A stretch of 64,000 nucleotides of DNA from Dimorphilus gyrociliatus (taxonomy: Eukaryota > Animalia > Annelida), in the NCBI GenBank assembly GCA_904063045.1, contig CAJFCJ010000007.1:926819-990818 (forward strand), in the 5' to 3' direction. Shown here one piece after another: positions 25,629 through 39,469 of this stretch. The translations under genes were made by a program, and so were the position numbers. Position 1 is the first letter of the stretch. Every line of letters begins with the position of its first letter. The notes under the pieces were generated by a model, which was not told the origin of the DNA, ran no database searches, and saw only the letters and a program-made list of their open reading frames with translations.

Positions 25629-28600
25629 CTGTATATACTTAATTAATTTTATTTATATATTTCTATTTACCTCTATAAATACCAAAAAACAGTATACAGG
25701 ATTATCTTTGATATATCCCACATAAATAGTATATAAGAGGGATAAAAATTAACTATCACCCTCAGTTTCTTACTCCCCCTCAACGCCATAAATATACGCT
25801 GTATGCAAATTGTATATAAATATAGGCTTACATTGTCTTCCTGAACTCTACTGCTAAAACGGTGTATAAAATTTCAATCCGTATTACTGGAATTACAGCC
25901 GCAAATAGACTTGCAGTTTTTTTTTTATTTTATTTTTTACTTCTTGCGCCTTTCGAAATTCACCTTTCATGTTGAAGGATTTTCGTATTTTAATCCTCTT
26001 GAAAGAAATGTAGTAAGTAAGACTTGTCTCGAGGATACAGAAAAATTGGGACAATTTTCAAACTTGTCCTTCCTGCCGTAAAACTCCCTTACAGCTCAAT
26101 CTACCTTCATTTCCGTTCCTATTTATAGGTAATGAAAAACGTCCAATGGTATATACGAAAAAAAAAGAGCGTCACCTACTCAATGCCGACGTCACTTCGA
26201 ACCGAAAAAAACGTACGTGCGACATATAATAATGAAAGAGTATATCTTCCACATCTTCCAATCAATATATACATAGGTACTCATGTAGACGAACGTATCA
26301 TTCATAAATTTATTCAAGTTCAACTTTGATAGCAATATTTTAAAGGTTATGGGCTTATTATTCGCTGCTTTTGTTCGACAATTGTTCGATATATCTAAGC
26401 AATAGCTTACCGTTCTCACCATTTACTATATTATAATCGGTCCGTCGGCGCTGTCTCATAAAAGCGCCTAAAATAGTTGCCGCTACGGTGCTTATACAAT
26501 CCGCAACCGACGCCATCTTCTACAGTAATTAGTCGCGATTTTCAACCAGGAGAGAATATTGCAGATGCGTGTACAAACGTCGACATCTATCGATTCGACA
26601 GAAACGCTCGCAGCGTCACCTCGTATCGTATAAACGAGGTTTACGGGCATGCATGAGAGATATTGGGTGGCTTTTGATCAGTAAAAAAACAGTATTACCT
26701 GTATAGCCTTTTATTCTACCTATTTTGTCAGATGTCTACAAATTATTGAATAGGATGCGCTACATTTGCTACAAGCATGCAATGTATTTAATATTAGGTT
26801 ATAAATATTTATAGTTACATATAATAAACTATTGTACTGTGATATAAAGTCTATAAACTGTAAATGAAGAAAATATGTATATTCTAGTTTGCACCAGTGT
26901 TACCAACTACGTTTGTCACGATATGCAGCTGGAAAAATTCTAAAATTAAGCACGTATCCCTTCAAGATGCAACTAATTCCATAGTCTTGGCCTATCTTGC
27001 ATACTCGAATGAGCGATACTGGTAAAGATAAGTGCATAGATGAATTATAATAATTTTATGAATATTGTATCTCTTTTAGCACCCAACTAAAGCAAACAGT
27101 TATTAGATCTATAGTAAAAAAAAGACTGGAAATTATATAGATCAATTTTTCTCCCTCTTCTCTTCTTTATTCCCTCGATTTCTTTTTCTAAAATTGTGCT
27201 TTTTAATAAGACAAAAAGTTCCGTCGATCATTAAATTGCTCTCTTAGTAGATTGACAGCTTTAAATTTTTTAACAAAAATATATTAGCCTCTTTTTATAT
27301 GCGTTAAAACATTGCAGATTGTCTCAATTAGAGAATTATCACGTGATGTGGGCAGTAATTTACATCAAAGTCTGATTTGACCTTTTTTATCAGATGAATT
27401 TCACGCAGACAACCTGTTAAATCACGATTGTAGGTGTCGCTATCTTAGAAGTTTAAGAAGCTCTGTAGATTTTCTGTATTGCCCATAAAAGGTCAAGCTG
27501 AACTCGAATGTCTATAAACCATGAATGTTGTCGATACTACAAACTAGAGAAGTTGACAATTTGTCACGTTTTTAAAAAAAACCTGACAAACACATTTGAA
27601 GTAAAGAAAAAAAAAAGACTACTCATGATTAACTTCAAACTGTGATTTTTTTTTCTAAAATATAAATACAGCTATAAGACAAAAAGGATGGTAGTAATTA
27701 GATTAAATTACGTAATATTACATAATTAGAGAGTATGAATAAAGTACATTTTTTTGTAAAATTGAAAGGCATCATAATAGAAATACCCATTTACTATTAT
27801 ATTTAATTAAACTATCATTTATAGAAAAATAGAGGAGTAGGAGGAGTAGGGATTAGAGGGAAGGGTTAGAAGACTGGCAGAGTTGTGTGAAAAGAGGACA
27901 GAAAATATCCAATTAATAAAATTAATAATATGCTTTTTTTATTAAAAAAATAAATATTAAATACTTTCTTTGCATACAAAGCTAAATTTTATACTTTGAA
28001 TATGAAAGTTTACAAAATAAATAACAATACTATAATGTTTCATTGTTAATTCCCATTTTCAAATCAATAGATTTTAATATTTTTAAAATCAGTCAGGTTA
28101 CTTTGTTTTTCTTAAATTATTAATCACAATTGTAATGAGAAGTCATGAAATTTCTAACAATTTCCTTACTTGTGCATTTTGTATCCATTTATTAGACTAG
28201 ATCCAGTCTTCGCTGCGTATTTATCTTATAGGCCTTATGTCGCCTTCTGCATGCTGATTTTATATTGATCACTGCTAAAACCTTATTATTTATCCAACCG
28301 TACTAACAATTGGATTAGTAAGAATAGATTAAATATCTAAAGCTAGTGGCCTTTCTTATTCGTACGTGATAATATACGTACTGTATTTATAAAAAATACG
28401 GTATTTTTTAGCATACTATAAGATCTACATGCAAATCTATTATTTGAATATAAACTAAATACCGAAAATGGTATAGACAGTATGTTGATAAATACTAATA
28501 CTTTATAATTCATGTTTAATCTTGACAAAAAATTTATTTTGAGTGTTGAAGCATGTTTCTTTCTTCTTATCCTGCCCTTTTATAACGGGATAATAAGCTA

Positions 28601-29927
28601 AAAGTGACGGTAGATATTCTTTCAAATAAAGAATTAGACTTAGGAAAGGGTCAGGGAGGGTGTTTTAACGTGAGCAGACTATCTAATCAAGAAACCAATG
28701 CAGAAGGAGAATAGAAAGAGAAAGTATAGAAAAAAAATCATCTATTTACAATCATTCTTTTCCCCTAAATTAAATATTGTAAAAGCGTTTTTTTTTCTTT
28801 TTTAAAAAACATTTCTTTTCTAAAAGTTAATAAAAGCAGTAGTTTCTGACTTCCGCCATCGATCATAAACACTCTCTTCAAATCTAACAAGATATAAAAG
28901 ATTAATAAAAAAGAAAAACCAATTTTATTGACATTTCACGATTATTTTTTTTTTCACTTTTTTTCTTTCTTTTTTAAAGGGAAATTTTTATTTCTAAGTA
29001 AATTCTATGTTCAGTTATATTAAGTACAATGGACAAAATACTTTATATGTATATAATTAATAATTAATTAAATGAAAGAAATAACCAATTACGATTATTG
29101 TAAATCATTGGTGTGACCTGAAACTCTCTCATAGATTTGAATTACTCATTTACACTATGGATCTTGTAAGCATACATTGTACAGCAAACAATTTTGCATT
29201 TGTTATCTTGACATGCACTTTTGTTATTTATTCCACGTGAAATACTATTCGGGGTTTGCAATTCCTTCTTTATTACTGGCGTATTTCAATACTTAATAAC
29301 TGATTGATTATTAATTATTATTAAGATGTATAGAAAGATAAATGTATATATAGGAATCATATTGTATTGTTAACATATATATTCTCATCTATAAAGGTAA
29401 ATACATAGGCGAAATGGATAAATACTTTAGTAAATACTATAAAAGATATATTATTATATACTTGAGCTGCTTAACTAGTTAGCTTTTAATAAAATTTCTA
29501 CATTAAACTAAGAGTGTATCGTTAAAAATATACACATTTGAACAGGTGTATATACAGGTATATTGGTATGTTTAATATAAGGATTAGACGCCTTACAAAA
29601 CGTTCAATAAGGATTTATTGATGAAATAATGATTATCAATAATACCAATATTTTACCTATATAAAATATAAAAAGAGAAATAACATTTAGCCTTTTTATC
29701 ATCATCATTAAAGATATTCCTTTTTTTCTCTTTTATCTCTTTCTCTTTCTCAAAAACTTAACTAATTAGCACTGGTTTCTCTTTTGTCAAGTAATCCATG
29801 TTTTCCTTTTAATAATAAACCTACAGCAAAAAAATGGAAAGAACGAAAATAAATTAGGCCTATAAACCGGAAGATTTGCTTTGAAAAATTTAAGAATAAG
29901 TTCCATCGATTTGAGAGGGAGAGACTT

Positions 29928-29980
<53 letters not shown>

Positions 29981-30477
29981 GTGAGTGAGTGAGTGAGTGA
30001 GTGACACATAGATAGGCAGAGAGCGAGCGAACACGAGAAAGAGCGAAGGAAAAGAGGTTTGGTAGATATGTAATTTGTTTTTCGCAAAGTGCCTTAACTG
30101 ATTAATACTTCAATTAACGACTGATTTAAAGCCTGGACAATACAGCTAAAGGTATTGATCATTCCAATCTACGATTGGCCGAATGAATTATCAACCACTT
30201 TAGAATAATAAAAAGAAATAAATGGGAAGGAAAAACATAACAAACCTGAGTAAAATTCCTCTTCTGAATCAATATCCTCGTCCAATTGACTTGCTTGGTA
30301 ACTCTCCATTCCATCGTGAAAACGAGTATTGATAGCCGAACCGTCTCTGTTCACTAATTGAACATTAAAATAGTCGGCGGCAAATTGTAACAAATCTCCT
30401 GGACGCTCTCGTAATACTTGAACCGTAAAGTTTTGCAGTAGATCTGTTAATCCTTCTGGAATCTCGAAAACGCTCAT
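23846..30477 (-). CDS. PRKAR2: cAMP-dependent protein kinase type II regulatory subunit
   Basis: Exons 30477-30246 (D/D domain [34 protein letters not shown]), 25064-24376, 24304-24250, 24045-23846. Has the RRKS autophosphorylation site typical of RII and two intact cNMP cassettes ([28 protein letters not shown]). First intron is 5.2 kb. Confidence 0.92.
29913..30004. repeat. Compound (GA)n/(GAGT)n microsatellite in PRKAR2 intron 1
   Basis: Directly visible run of GA repeats changing to GAGT repeats; it generates the spurious SL-repeat ORF 29762..30034. Confidence 0.95.
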
Positions 30478-30962
30478 TATTTCTTCAAGATCTTTTTCGA
30501 AAATCCGCCGCTGTTCGTCGTCAGGTTCTATTCGCAATGTATTCTTGCGCAGTTATCGGAAAGATTACTTCAAAGATTATTCAACGTCTATTGATTTGAT
30601 ATAAAAAAATTCCTACACTTGCCTATATAAAATTCTCATAACTTTAAAGAAATTTATGACGCCTTATTTATGTATTTTTTAAGTAATTTTAAAAAATAAG
30701 TACGCCTTGTACTACTTTTAGTTGGATAGTAGCTTTGCAGGAAATTTGCGGTATTGTTATTGATATCGACCTCAAACCGCATTCTTACTCAAATATTTAA
30801 AGTTATTTCTTATCTTTTGCATTTTAATCGTTTTATTCGCAAATAAGAACTTTAAAGGCTTTCTCTTAAAATCCATTTTAAATATTTTAGAAGTTTATAC
30901 TAACAGGATTAAAGGCGGCAAATCCTCTTTAGTAGAAAGATTTGTAAAATATTTCTAACCTG

Positions 30963-30971
30963 TAGATGGCG
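30963..30971 (+). promoter_or_regulatory. TAGATGGCG motif in the PRKAR2/CFAP69 divergent promoter
   Basis: Exact copy of the recurrent 9-mer, 9 nt from the X-box. Confidence 0.5.
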
Positions 30972-30979
30972 TTTAAAAA

Positions 30980-30993
30980 GTTGTCATAACGAC
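30980..30993 (-). promoter_or_regulatory. RFX X-box GTCGTT-AT-GACAAC
   Basis: Perfect match to GTHNYY-AT-RRNAAC, about 160 nt upstream of the ATG of the ciliary gene CFAP69. Confidence 0.6.
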
Positions 30994-31154
30994 GATTGAA
31001 AATGGCGCTTTAACAACATAAATAATCTTTTTCAATTAATTTCTAAAGATTTCATTTTCTCTAAATTAGTTTACGAATTAGTTAATAAATGAAAATTGAT
31101 TAAATTGTCTCTTTTAAAACGGATTATTGATGGTAAAACGTTCTTAATCAAAGC

Positions 31155-34100
31155 ATGGCAACTGAAACTATTCAATTAAATTCGTCAACAAATCCAACAA
31201 GTATGATGAAAACATTTGATGGGCAGACGAATAAAAATGTTCCAGTCGTTAATCATACATTTACGGATGAAGAGCTTGGACTACTTAAAGTATATGAGAA
31301 ATTAGAATTACGATTATTTTGATATATATAATATATTTTGCATTTATTTATTTCTATTATAGGGTACCAAGCTGGAGCCTTTAAATTTAAGTAAAGTTGT
31401 AAAGCTGTTAAAGGATCCACACTCTGTAAGTTGTTACATAATTCGCCTACAGAGATACTCTTTATCCTGCTTAATTATAATTCTCTTAACGCTTTAGGCA
31501 ATGTTATATGATCGTCATCTGCATATCCTTCGGAAAATATTAAGACATTATAAGAATGGCTTCCTAATGAAAGATTTAGTTCAAGTATTTAAGATATTGA
31601 ATTTGTGTGCAGATAGGGTTGATACACAGCCGTTCTACGTTGAACCAATGGTAGAACTAATTGCACTGTGCGATCGCCCCTTTCTAAACGAGCGAGCCTC
31701 AGATGAATTGACATTCGAACAGATTTCCATTGAAAGTATTTCTCAGTTAGGTAGGAAATTACTTCTTTCTACTACCTTTTGCTGCTAATTTAAACCGATA
31801 GTATCGATAATTCTTTTGAATCTTTTCAAAGCCTACCTAATGAGAGTTCCGAGTAAAGAAGTTCGAGAGCAAATATGCAAAACATTACAGAATTTTTACA
31901 CCCAGGAGGAAACAAGAAAGCAAGAAGTTCAAGGTTAATAAGATTTTAGTTAATAAATCATCTATTTTATATTAACATTCCTATCTACTATTATTCATAA
32001 AACAAATTAGGTCATAAAGCGAATCGATTAGAATTTAATAAGAAAGTAATAGAAGAAAGTGATGTTGCAGAAACTCTCATAAAGGTGAGACAATAATTAA
32101 TTTTGTCTAATTTATTTGATTATTAATATAATGTTTCAGTCTCTTACATTGCTTGAAAATGACTTAGAAACGAGAATTACTGTACTCAAAGTTTTACAGA
32201 AAGTTTCAAAGACATCTGGTATAGTAAAAATCGAATTAGAATAAGGGAATTATCTATTTTATTCATTCTTCTCAATAGCGAAAAACTGTAATAAAATGCT
32301 GAATGCCAACGCCGCCTATAATCTAACTTCACGTCTAATGGATTTTAACGATCACGAGGGGCAAATTTTATTTAGATCAACTGAAATTATATGGAATCTT
32401 TTGGAGAATGGGGACACATCAATTGTTGCCAACCAGTTAAATAATTTCGAATGCATCGGGTTAGTGATTATGTTAATTATACATATTACTAATTAATAAT
32501 TATACAAAACAAGTTTACTTATTAATAATTCAAATAATTTTCGAATAATTTACAGTCAACTACGAGATGGCTTTTTAACGCAACTCAATCACGGCTACTC
32601 TCATTACGATCGTCAATTAAGGAATGATTTATTAGTTGTTTGCTCACTAATTGCTGAGCATTGTCCAAATGCCCCATTCATAGAGACAGGTTTTTGTAAA
32701 CAGCTTACTTTATTGGGTACTTTTCAAGAAGGTTAGTTAAATCAGGCATTATTTTTATTAATTGATAAATCACTATACAATTTCCTTTGTTTACTATCCT
32801 TTAAAACGATTTAGTTAAAAGCTACAACGCTCTAGTTAAACATCTAAAATTAGGAACAAATCACGAAGACTTCGAATTAAAGAAGATCATCTTAAATTTG
32901 CTTGTTCTAATTAGCAGAGACAGTTCTGTCCTTCCCGTTTGTATATCTGTTAAGTCGTTGTTTTGTTCGCTCAATTTCTTCCATTTCCATTAGATATATA
33001 CGGATACTCGACTCTTGTTATCACTCTTTCACTATGTTCGTCCTAGTGAAAAGGAAACCTTACCAAGGGAATGGACACCAGCTCAATTAGAAGAAATTCA
33101 ATTACATGCGATGTCCTGTTTGGTGACACTATCACCTCTTTTGCTAGATGATTTTATGCTTTGCCAAGGTTCTACCAGATTGCTCTTACTCTTAGAGTGG
33201 TGCGTTGGCCCTGAAAATTATAATGGCGCTGGAAATAGTTTACACGGAGTAGGTGGGCGTGGTTCTAAGAAATCTCAAATGAGATATTGCCTTAGAATAA
33301 TGAGAGCGATGACAGCAACAAATAGTGACAAAATTCTCCAGGACTTTGTTGACCAAGGGGCTATAGGTCAAATCCTAGGCGTCCTGGATAAGTTTTGGCT
33401 ATACGGTTGGATAAAAGAGGAAATAGACGTTTGTATGCAAACAGACATGCTCAGTATTTTATCAGTGCTCTGTGAAGGAGAAGTTCACCGACAGGAAATA
33501 GTCGGACAGGAAGGAGTAAAGTCCCTAGTTCCATATTTAACAGTCGATTTAGGAACTTTACAATCTGGTTTAGGACATCATCAGCTGCTTGTCTCTGCTG
33601 TAGATTGTATTTGGGCAGCTGTTGTAGGATGTCAAATTACTGAAGATGCCTTCTTAGAACTTGAAGGAGCCTACCACCTCCTTGATTTACTGGAAAATGC
33701 TCCTTCGGGATTCAGGAATATGATATTAGGCTGCTTGTTAGATTTAGCTGACAATCCCAAGACGTCAGTCCACATAAATTCTTGGAGAGGAAATAGAGAC
33801 GATACGGCAGCTCATTTATTTTGTGAACTTTGGAGACAAGAAGAGGCTCAGATGGGAGTTTCCCGAGATGATAAAGCTGGCGTCTCTGATTTCCAAAAGC
33901 CATTGATGGGATCTCTACAGGCTGAAAGAGGGACAATACCAGCCCCCGCCATCTGCCCATCTCCTGCAATAGTAGATATATCTGAGAATATACGAGCTAA
34001 AATTTATGCCCTCTTCTGTAAAATGGGATTTGGAGAGTTAGCCGGACTTACAACCGAGGATCATATAACTTTAACGATTATAGAGCATTACTTAGACTTT

Positions 34101-34809
34101 AAATTAGGAGAGGTTTGGGGTGAAATTGTACAGGAGCTTAAGGCAGAAGATCTTAGACCAGTAACACCTGACAGGGAGGCCATTGAAGCAATCTGCAGAA
34201 TCTGCGATGACAGGGTTCAACATGTCAGAGCAGTACAAAATCAACTTGTTGAGGCTGAGAAGCAGCAAGATAGCATGGATGAACAAGAATACTTTAATGA
34301 AATAAGAGATAATCAACGTCAAAAGGAAAAAGCTCTCAAAGATTTCGAAGAATATATCACGAGAACTTCTAACTATTCGTATTTAAGAGAAGCCAAATGG
34401 AAGCAAGAATCATCGATTGATGCATCAAGAATCCAATTGAAGCCCAAAGCAGGGTGAGATTAAATAAATTAAATATTTAATTAAAATTTTAATTTATTTA
34501 CAATATTCTTTTTACAGTGAAACACAACATCCGACGAATATCAAAAATATAGGATGTACTGTAAGTAAAGGCTATTTATTTTTCTATAGTATAGCTTTAT
34601 TACATTTAAATAATTCATCAATTAAATATATAGAGAGTAAAATTAAACTTATATAAATAAATTAAATACAGACTTTTGGGGGTAAGAATGTACAAGTTCA
34701 CAGTACACCTCAAGATATAACTGGCGGTCCACTAGCACGATACGATCCCTTAGAGGGAACGCTCTACCCAAGAAGGACATCTTTCACTCCCATATCAGAA
34801 TTGGCATAA
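31155..34809 (+). CDS. CFAP69: Cilia- and flagella-associated protein 69 (ARM-repeat protein), multi-exon
   Basis: Start MATETIQ at 31155. Exons encode KLEPLNLSKVVKLLKD, NGFLMKDLVQVFKILNLC...RPFLNERASDE, YLMRVPS...EQIC and the 480-aa ORF 33015..34457. The last exon TFGGKNVQVHSTP ends with TAA at 34807-34809. Confidence 0.88.
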
Positions 34810-35064
34810 TAGGAGGGAGTTGTTTGTGTACATAAAAAAAGAGATAGCCTATTTAAAAATATTTCTATATCTTTCATGAAAATGTTTCTCTAATTACTTT
34901 AATAAATAGAGGAAAAGGATAATTTAATAAAAAAAAAACATTAGTTGAGCAAATGAAATCTTTATTTCGTCCCACCAATATAAATGATAAAAACTTATTA
35001 ACAATTAATATTTTTGTATATAAATAGAATATATATTATGTGCCATTTTAATAATTCAATGGTT

Positions 35065-38000
35065 TCACTCTTTAAATATTTCGGAATCAACTTTAATAAA
35101 AGTTTCATCCAATAACTCTTCTGCAGTTGCTCTCTTCTCTGGATCCATTTCGAAGCAGTGTTCTAAGAATTTTCTTAGATCATCGCAAGCATTTTCAGGC
35201 ACTTTAGGAGTTTGATTTGCCGTTGCAATATGATACATCATCTGAAACTCATTAATAATGTTTAATTCTGACCATGGCAACTTGCCAGTAAGCATTTCTG
35301 TAACTACACATCCAAGACTCCAGATGTCAGCAGCAAATCTGTAACGCAATTCCAAAGATGAATTTTTTACAACTTCTGGAGGCTGAAAGCGAATAGTTGT
35401 TCCTCTAGCCGAACTCCTATCGTCAGCCTTTGTCTTTTGTTCCCTTAATTTAACGGCAGATCCAAAGTCGCCAAGTTTAAGACCACATTTTGTGAGAAAG
35501 ATATTGTCACCTTTAATATCCCTGTGAATTATCTTATTTTCATGCAAAAAGGCAACGGCGTGCACTATTTTGTTAGTATAAAAGCGTGTAGTTGCTTCAT
35601 CTAATCCAACTTTTGCGGCTTCATGTAAGGTACCGCCTTGGCAGTATTCCATAAATATCAACATCTGATCATGATGGATTTCTACTCCAAAATATTTAAT
35701 GATACCTTCGTGATTTAAACCTTCAAAGTTTTTAAGTTCGTCCGCAACATCCATTACAAACTGATGATCATTAGGTTTAACAGTGATCTCTTTCATAGCC
35801 ATCATTTCTCCAGTTTTCAATTTAACTGCAGTATAAACTTTTCCAAATCGACCTTCGCCAATTTTAACTCCCCTTTGCCAATTGAAAGTCACCTCTCTAA
35901 GAGACACGCCATAGCGAGTTTTATTACAGACGTCGGTTACGCGACCAATTATCTTTTCCTTATAGAGCTGTTCCTCTCTCTCTTTTTCTACTCTATTTAT
36001 TGCTATAATCCTTCTCTCAAAAATATCATCAGTACTCCAAGTTGTTTCGACGCTGGATAAATGTGCAAAAGAGTTCGTTTCCGAAGAACCGCTAACTGGA
36101 GATATGAAAGAATCACTTGTGTCTGATAGTTTTCTAGAATCTGAATAAATAGAACGTGATGAAACTGAGTGTCTATCTTTACGTTTTCTCGTCTTGTGAT
36201 CAAATTCTCCACTGGATTTATCACCAATTATATGATTTATGCACTCTGTATACTTTTCTTTAAATAGATGATACTTTTCTTCGCTAATGTGATACGGAAT
36301 TTCAGAATATGACACAAATCGAAGATACTCAAAAAATTTTGCTGTCCATCTTGGTTTAACTCCTCTTCCTTTTTCAAAATTCTTGCAAGCTAAGGACATC
36401 CATTCCAGCGCAAAATCAATAACATCTACGCTTAAGTCAACTTTCTGTTTCCCTGACATCAGTCTATATAAATCAGTGTGAAAATCAAAGCCAAAGTTAT
36501 AAATTCTTTTCATTGTATCAACGACTTTTGGCTTTAGAGTAAAACATTTCGAAAATTTATCCGTAGCAGTTTGTATTTCCTGAATATACTCTTTAATATA
36601 AGTTCTAAATTCTAATCCAGCTTTTTTCATATCAACTAAGGATTCATTTACAGCCTTATGACATGCAACTTGATCTAGAATCATTTCAATGCAACTTGGT
36701 CCCAACTCAGATTCAATTTCACAGCGAACGTTTGTTAATTGACGGGCGTGTGTAACGATAAGTAAACCTTTTAAGAAAATTGAAATATATATAAATACAT
36801 ATATTAGTATATATATATATATATAACAAAAAGAGAATGTATTTAAACATTCTACCTTCAATATTTAAATGCGACCAACATATTTCAGTCTCGACATCAG
36901 CCTTGATCCTCATAGTTTTTCCAGTCCACTTTGGAGCTGTCTTTGATTCATCAAACTTTACCATTATCAGATAACCCTGATTCTCTTCACAATCTACTAT
37001 TCCTAGACTACTCGTTGCCCTAAGAAGTGTAACTATTGATTCTGTGTCACTTGTCATTGATTCTGGTACTAAAACGATAAACTCGTCAAAAATCGTCAAT
37101 TCAATTTTCATATGATTAGATTTTTTTAATTTACGAAGTAAAACATCAACACTACAAACGACGCGGTACTGAGCAGCTATTTCTAGGTCGTTTCGTAACA
37201 TTTTAGCTAATCCCATAACTCTTGCTGTCCTTTCTTTCGTCTCATCAAAAACCTCCTTAATTTCCCTACATATCCTAGAAGCATCTTCATAAAATCCACT
37301 AGGGGACTCTTTCTCTGATTCAGAGGGCTGCTCATCCAAAAATTGTAAATTGCCAGTTATTTTGTCCAAACGTGTTATAAAAAAATTTTGTATAATACTT
37401 AATAAATGGTTGACCATGTCACAATAACCGTTTCCAGCTTTAGCGTCTCCTTGACGTACGTACGGACAAACTGTTCTTGTAAAATTCCACTCTCCTTCCA
37501 ATCTTATGAGATATTTGGATAGATGAGGCTCATGTTCGATCTTCTGTACATAGAATCGCATATATTTTATATGCTCACTTAACATATTATCCATATCGGA
37601 ATCAAATTCCTCTATATTAACCTTCCTAACGATATCACAGACCATTTTTAAAAAGAATTTCTTGACAGTTACCGAAGCTTTTAATATCTCGCCACATTCA
37701 CACATTAGCTGATTAATGGACAACAGAGATGTTGTCGTCTTATCAAAACAATTTTGGCTGAATTGCTCCCTTGATTGTTCAAGACGACAACGAAGACACT
37801 CGTGAATAACATCAAGAATAACTCGAAGGCTAAATAGAAATAAATCTTTTAGAGAAGGTAGATTCATATCTCTCCAAAGTTTAGAATGTTCACCAAAAGT
37901 TATTAATTCTTGTCTTGCGTGTAACTTCTCAATATGTTTCTGAGCATTCATTTGTAGTATACAATCTTTTCTGTCATCCCTGTCAGTTTTGGTTGCCTTC

Positions 38001-39469
38001 GCTCTGTTTTCGTTCTCATTTTCCATAGCAATTTCTCGTTTATATCGACTAAGTTCTTTTTTAGCCTTATCTATCGGCAATAGAATCATTCTCACTTTGG
38101 CAAGTATAGAATCTGAGGAAAATATGGAATTTTTGGCCATATCTTCTACTTTCTTTAATCCACTCTTTCTCAAAGTTCTTTCAACGAATATCCTATATAT
38201 GTAAGTTGATCCATTAGCAGAATACATGGAACTTTTGATATTTGCAATAGATTGGGAATGTCTTATATGGCAATGCTTATCGGATTTTTCTTCCGCTGGA
38301 TCTCCAGCATGAAATTCGACTTTCTGTTTATTCTCAACTTTCTCTTCTGCATGCACGTTTAACTTTAAAGGACAAATAGAATGTTCAGCCATTGTTTTAG
38401 GCATATAATTCAGGAATGGCCATTTCAAATCAGGTATCTTATCTACGAACAATTTGTGAGCGAACATATGTAATTCAAAAGCCATCTGAGAAACAAGATT
38501 TTTCCAAATGCATAAAACTTTTATTCTCTCACTAACTTCTTTATATTTCTCCTTATCTAAACTAGCTTGAAATTTTTCTTCAGAGAAGAATAATTCCTGC
38601 ACAGAACTCATTTCTTCTAATAAATATTCAATTTCATCCATAGCATCTTTAACGAGTACTTCCTTTGCGGATAATTCTTCACATCTGCGAAATATTGACT
38701 GACACGAGAGGGTAGATTCTTTAGCATAATCGGATCTTGTTGGTTTTGAATTAGGAATTTCACCATTAAATTTAAAATTTAATATTTTCATTGATACTTC
38801 ATCCAATCTTTCTTTTCGTGTCTTCATCAAGTTGTCATACGCTTCTTCAACTTCTAAAATTCCTTCACTTTTCATAAATTTGAAGTTTTGTATACAGTAT
38901 AAAATTTGGTCCTTATGGCTCAATTCTGATTGGGAGGAGCAAGATCTATTGGAGACTTGATCGCTCTCCGGTACATCGTGTGGTAAGTTCGGATTAAGTT
39001 TATCAATTTTCAAAGAGGCTGACTTGAAAAAGTTAACCCGATCCTCTAAATCTTTCATTTTCTCTGCAGAAGTCAAAGTTACTGACTTTTTATTTAATTT
39101 TCCTAGTTTTGTGCGACATGCAGGATAATTTGGTGAGGACCTTAATCGATGGTCTGAATAATCTTTACTCTTTAGATGTTTTACCAAACTATCTTTATTG
39201 TTTACTTTTACAGGGGTGGATGAGGAATCCGATTCACTGAGATGAACATTTGAAGCACGGGTCTTTTGCCCGAGACTTTTGCTCATTTTATTTAATTTAT
39301 TCTTAATCTGTCTGAAACCTTTACTTCCTGCAGGAGGGGTTACTCCATACTTGTAAGAAGGTTCATCACCACTCTCCTCTGAGGTACTCTCCCCTTTAGA
39401 AGAGGAGTCACTACAGTCTGAATCATAGGAACCCTCGTCGAAGGAATCTTCATCTCTGCAAAAAAGCAT
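35065..39469 (-). CDS. MAP3K4: MAP kinase kinase kinase 4 (MEKK4/MTK1), about 1438 aa, single coding intron
   Basis: join(39469-36856, 36767-35065), phase consistent. MEKK4-type N-terminal region (MNLPSLKDLFLF, CPYVRQGDAKAGNGYC) and C-terminal STE kinase domain (WQRGVKIGEGRFGKVY, MAMKEI, HRDIKGDNIFL, DFG). Confidence 0.9.

Noticed and set aside
29762-30034. ORF with SLSLSL/THSL repeats
   Set aside because: It is a translation of the GA/GAGT microsatellite.
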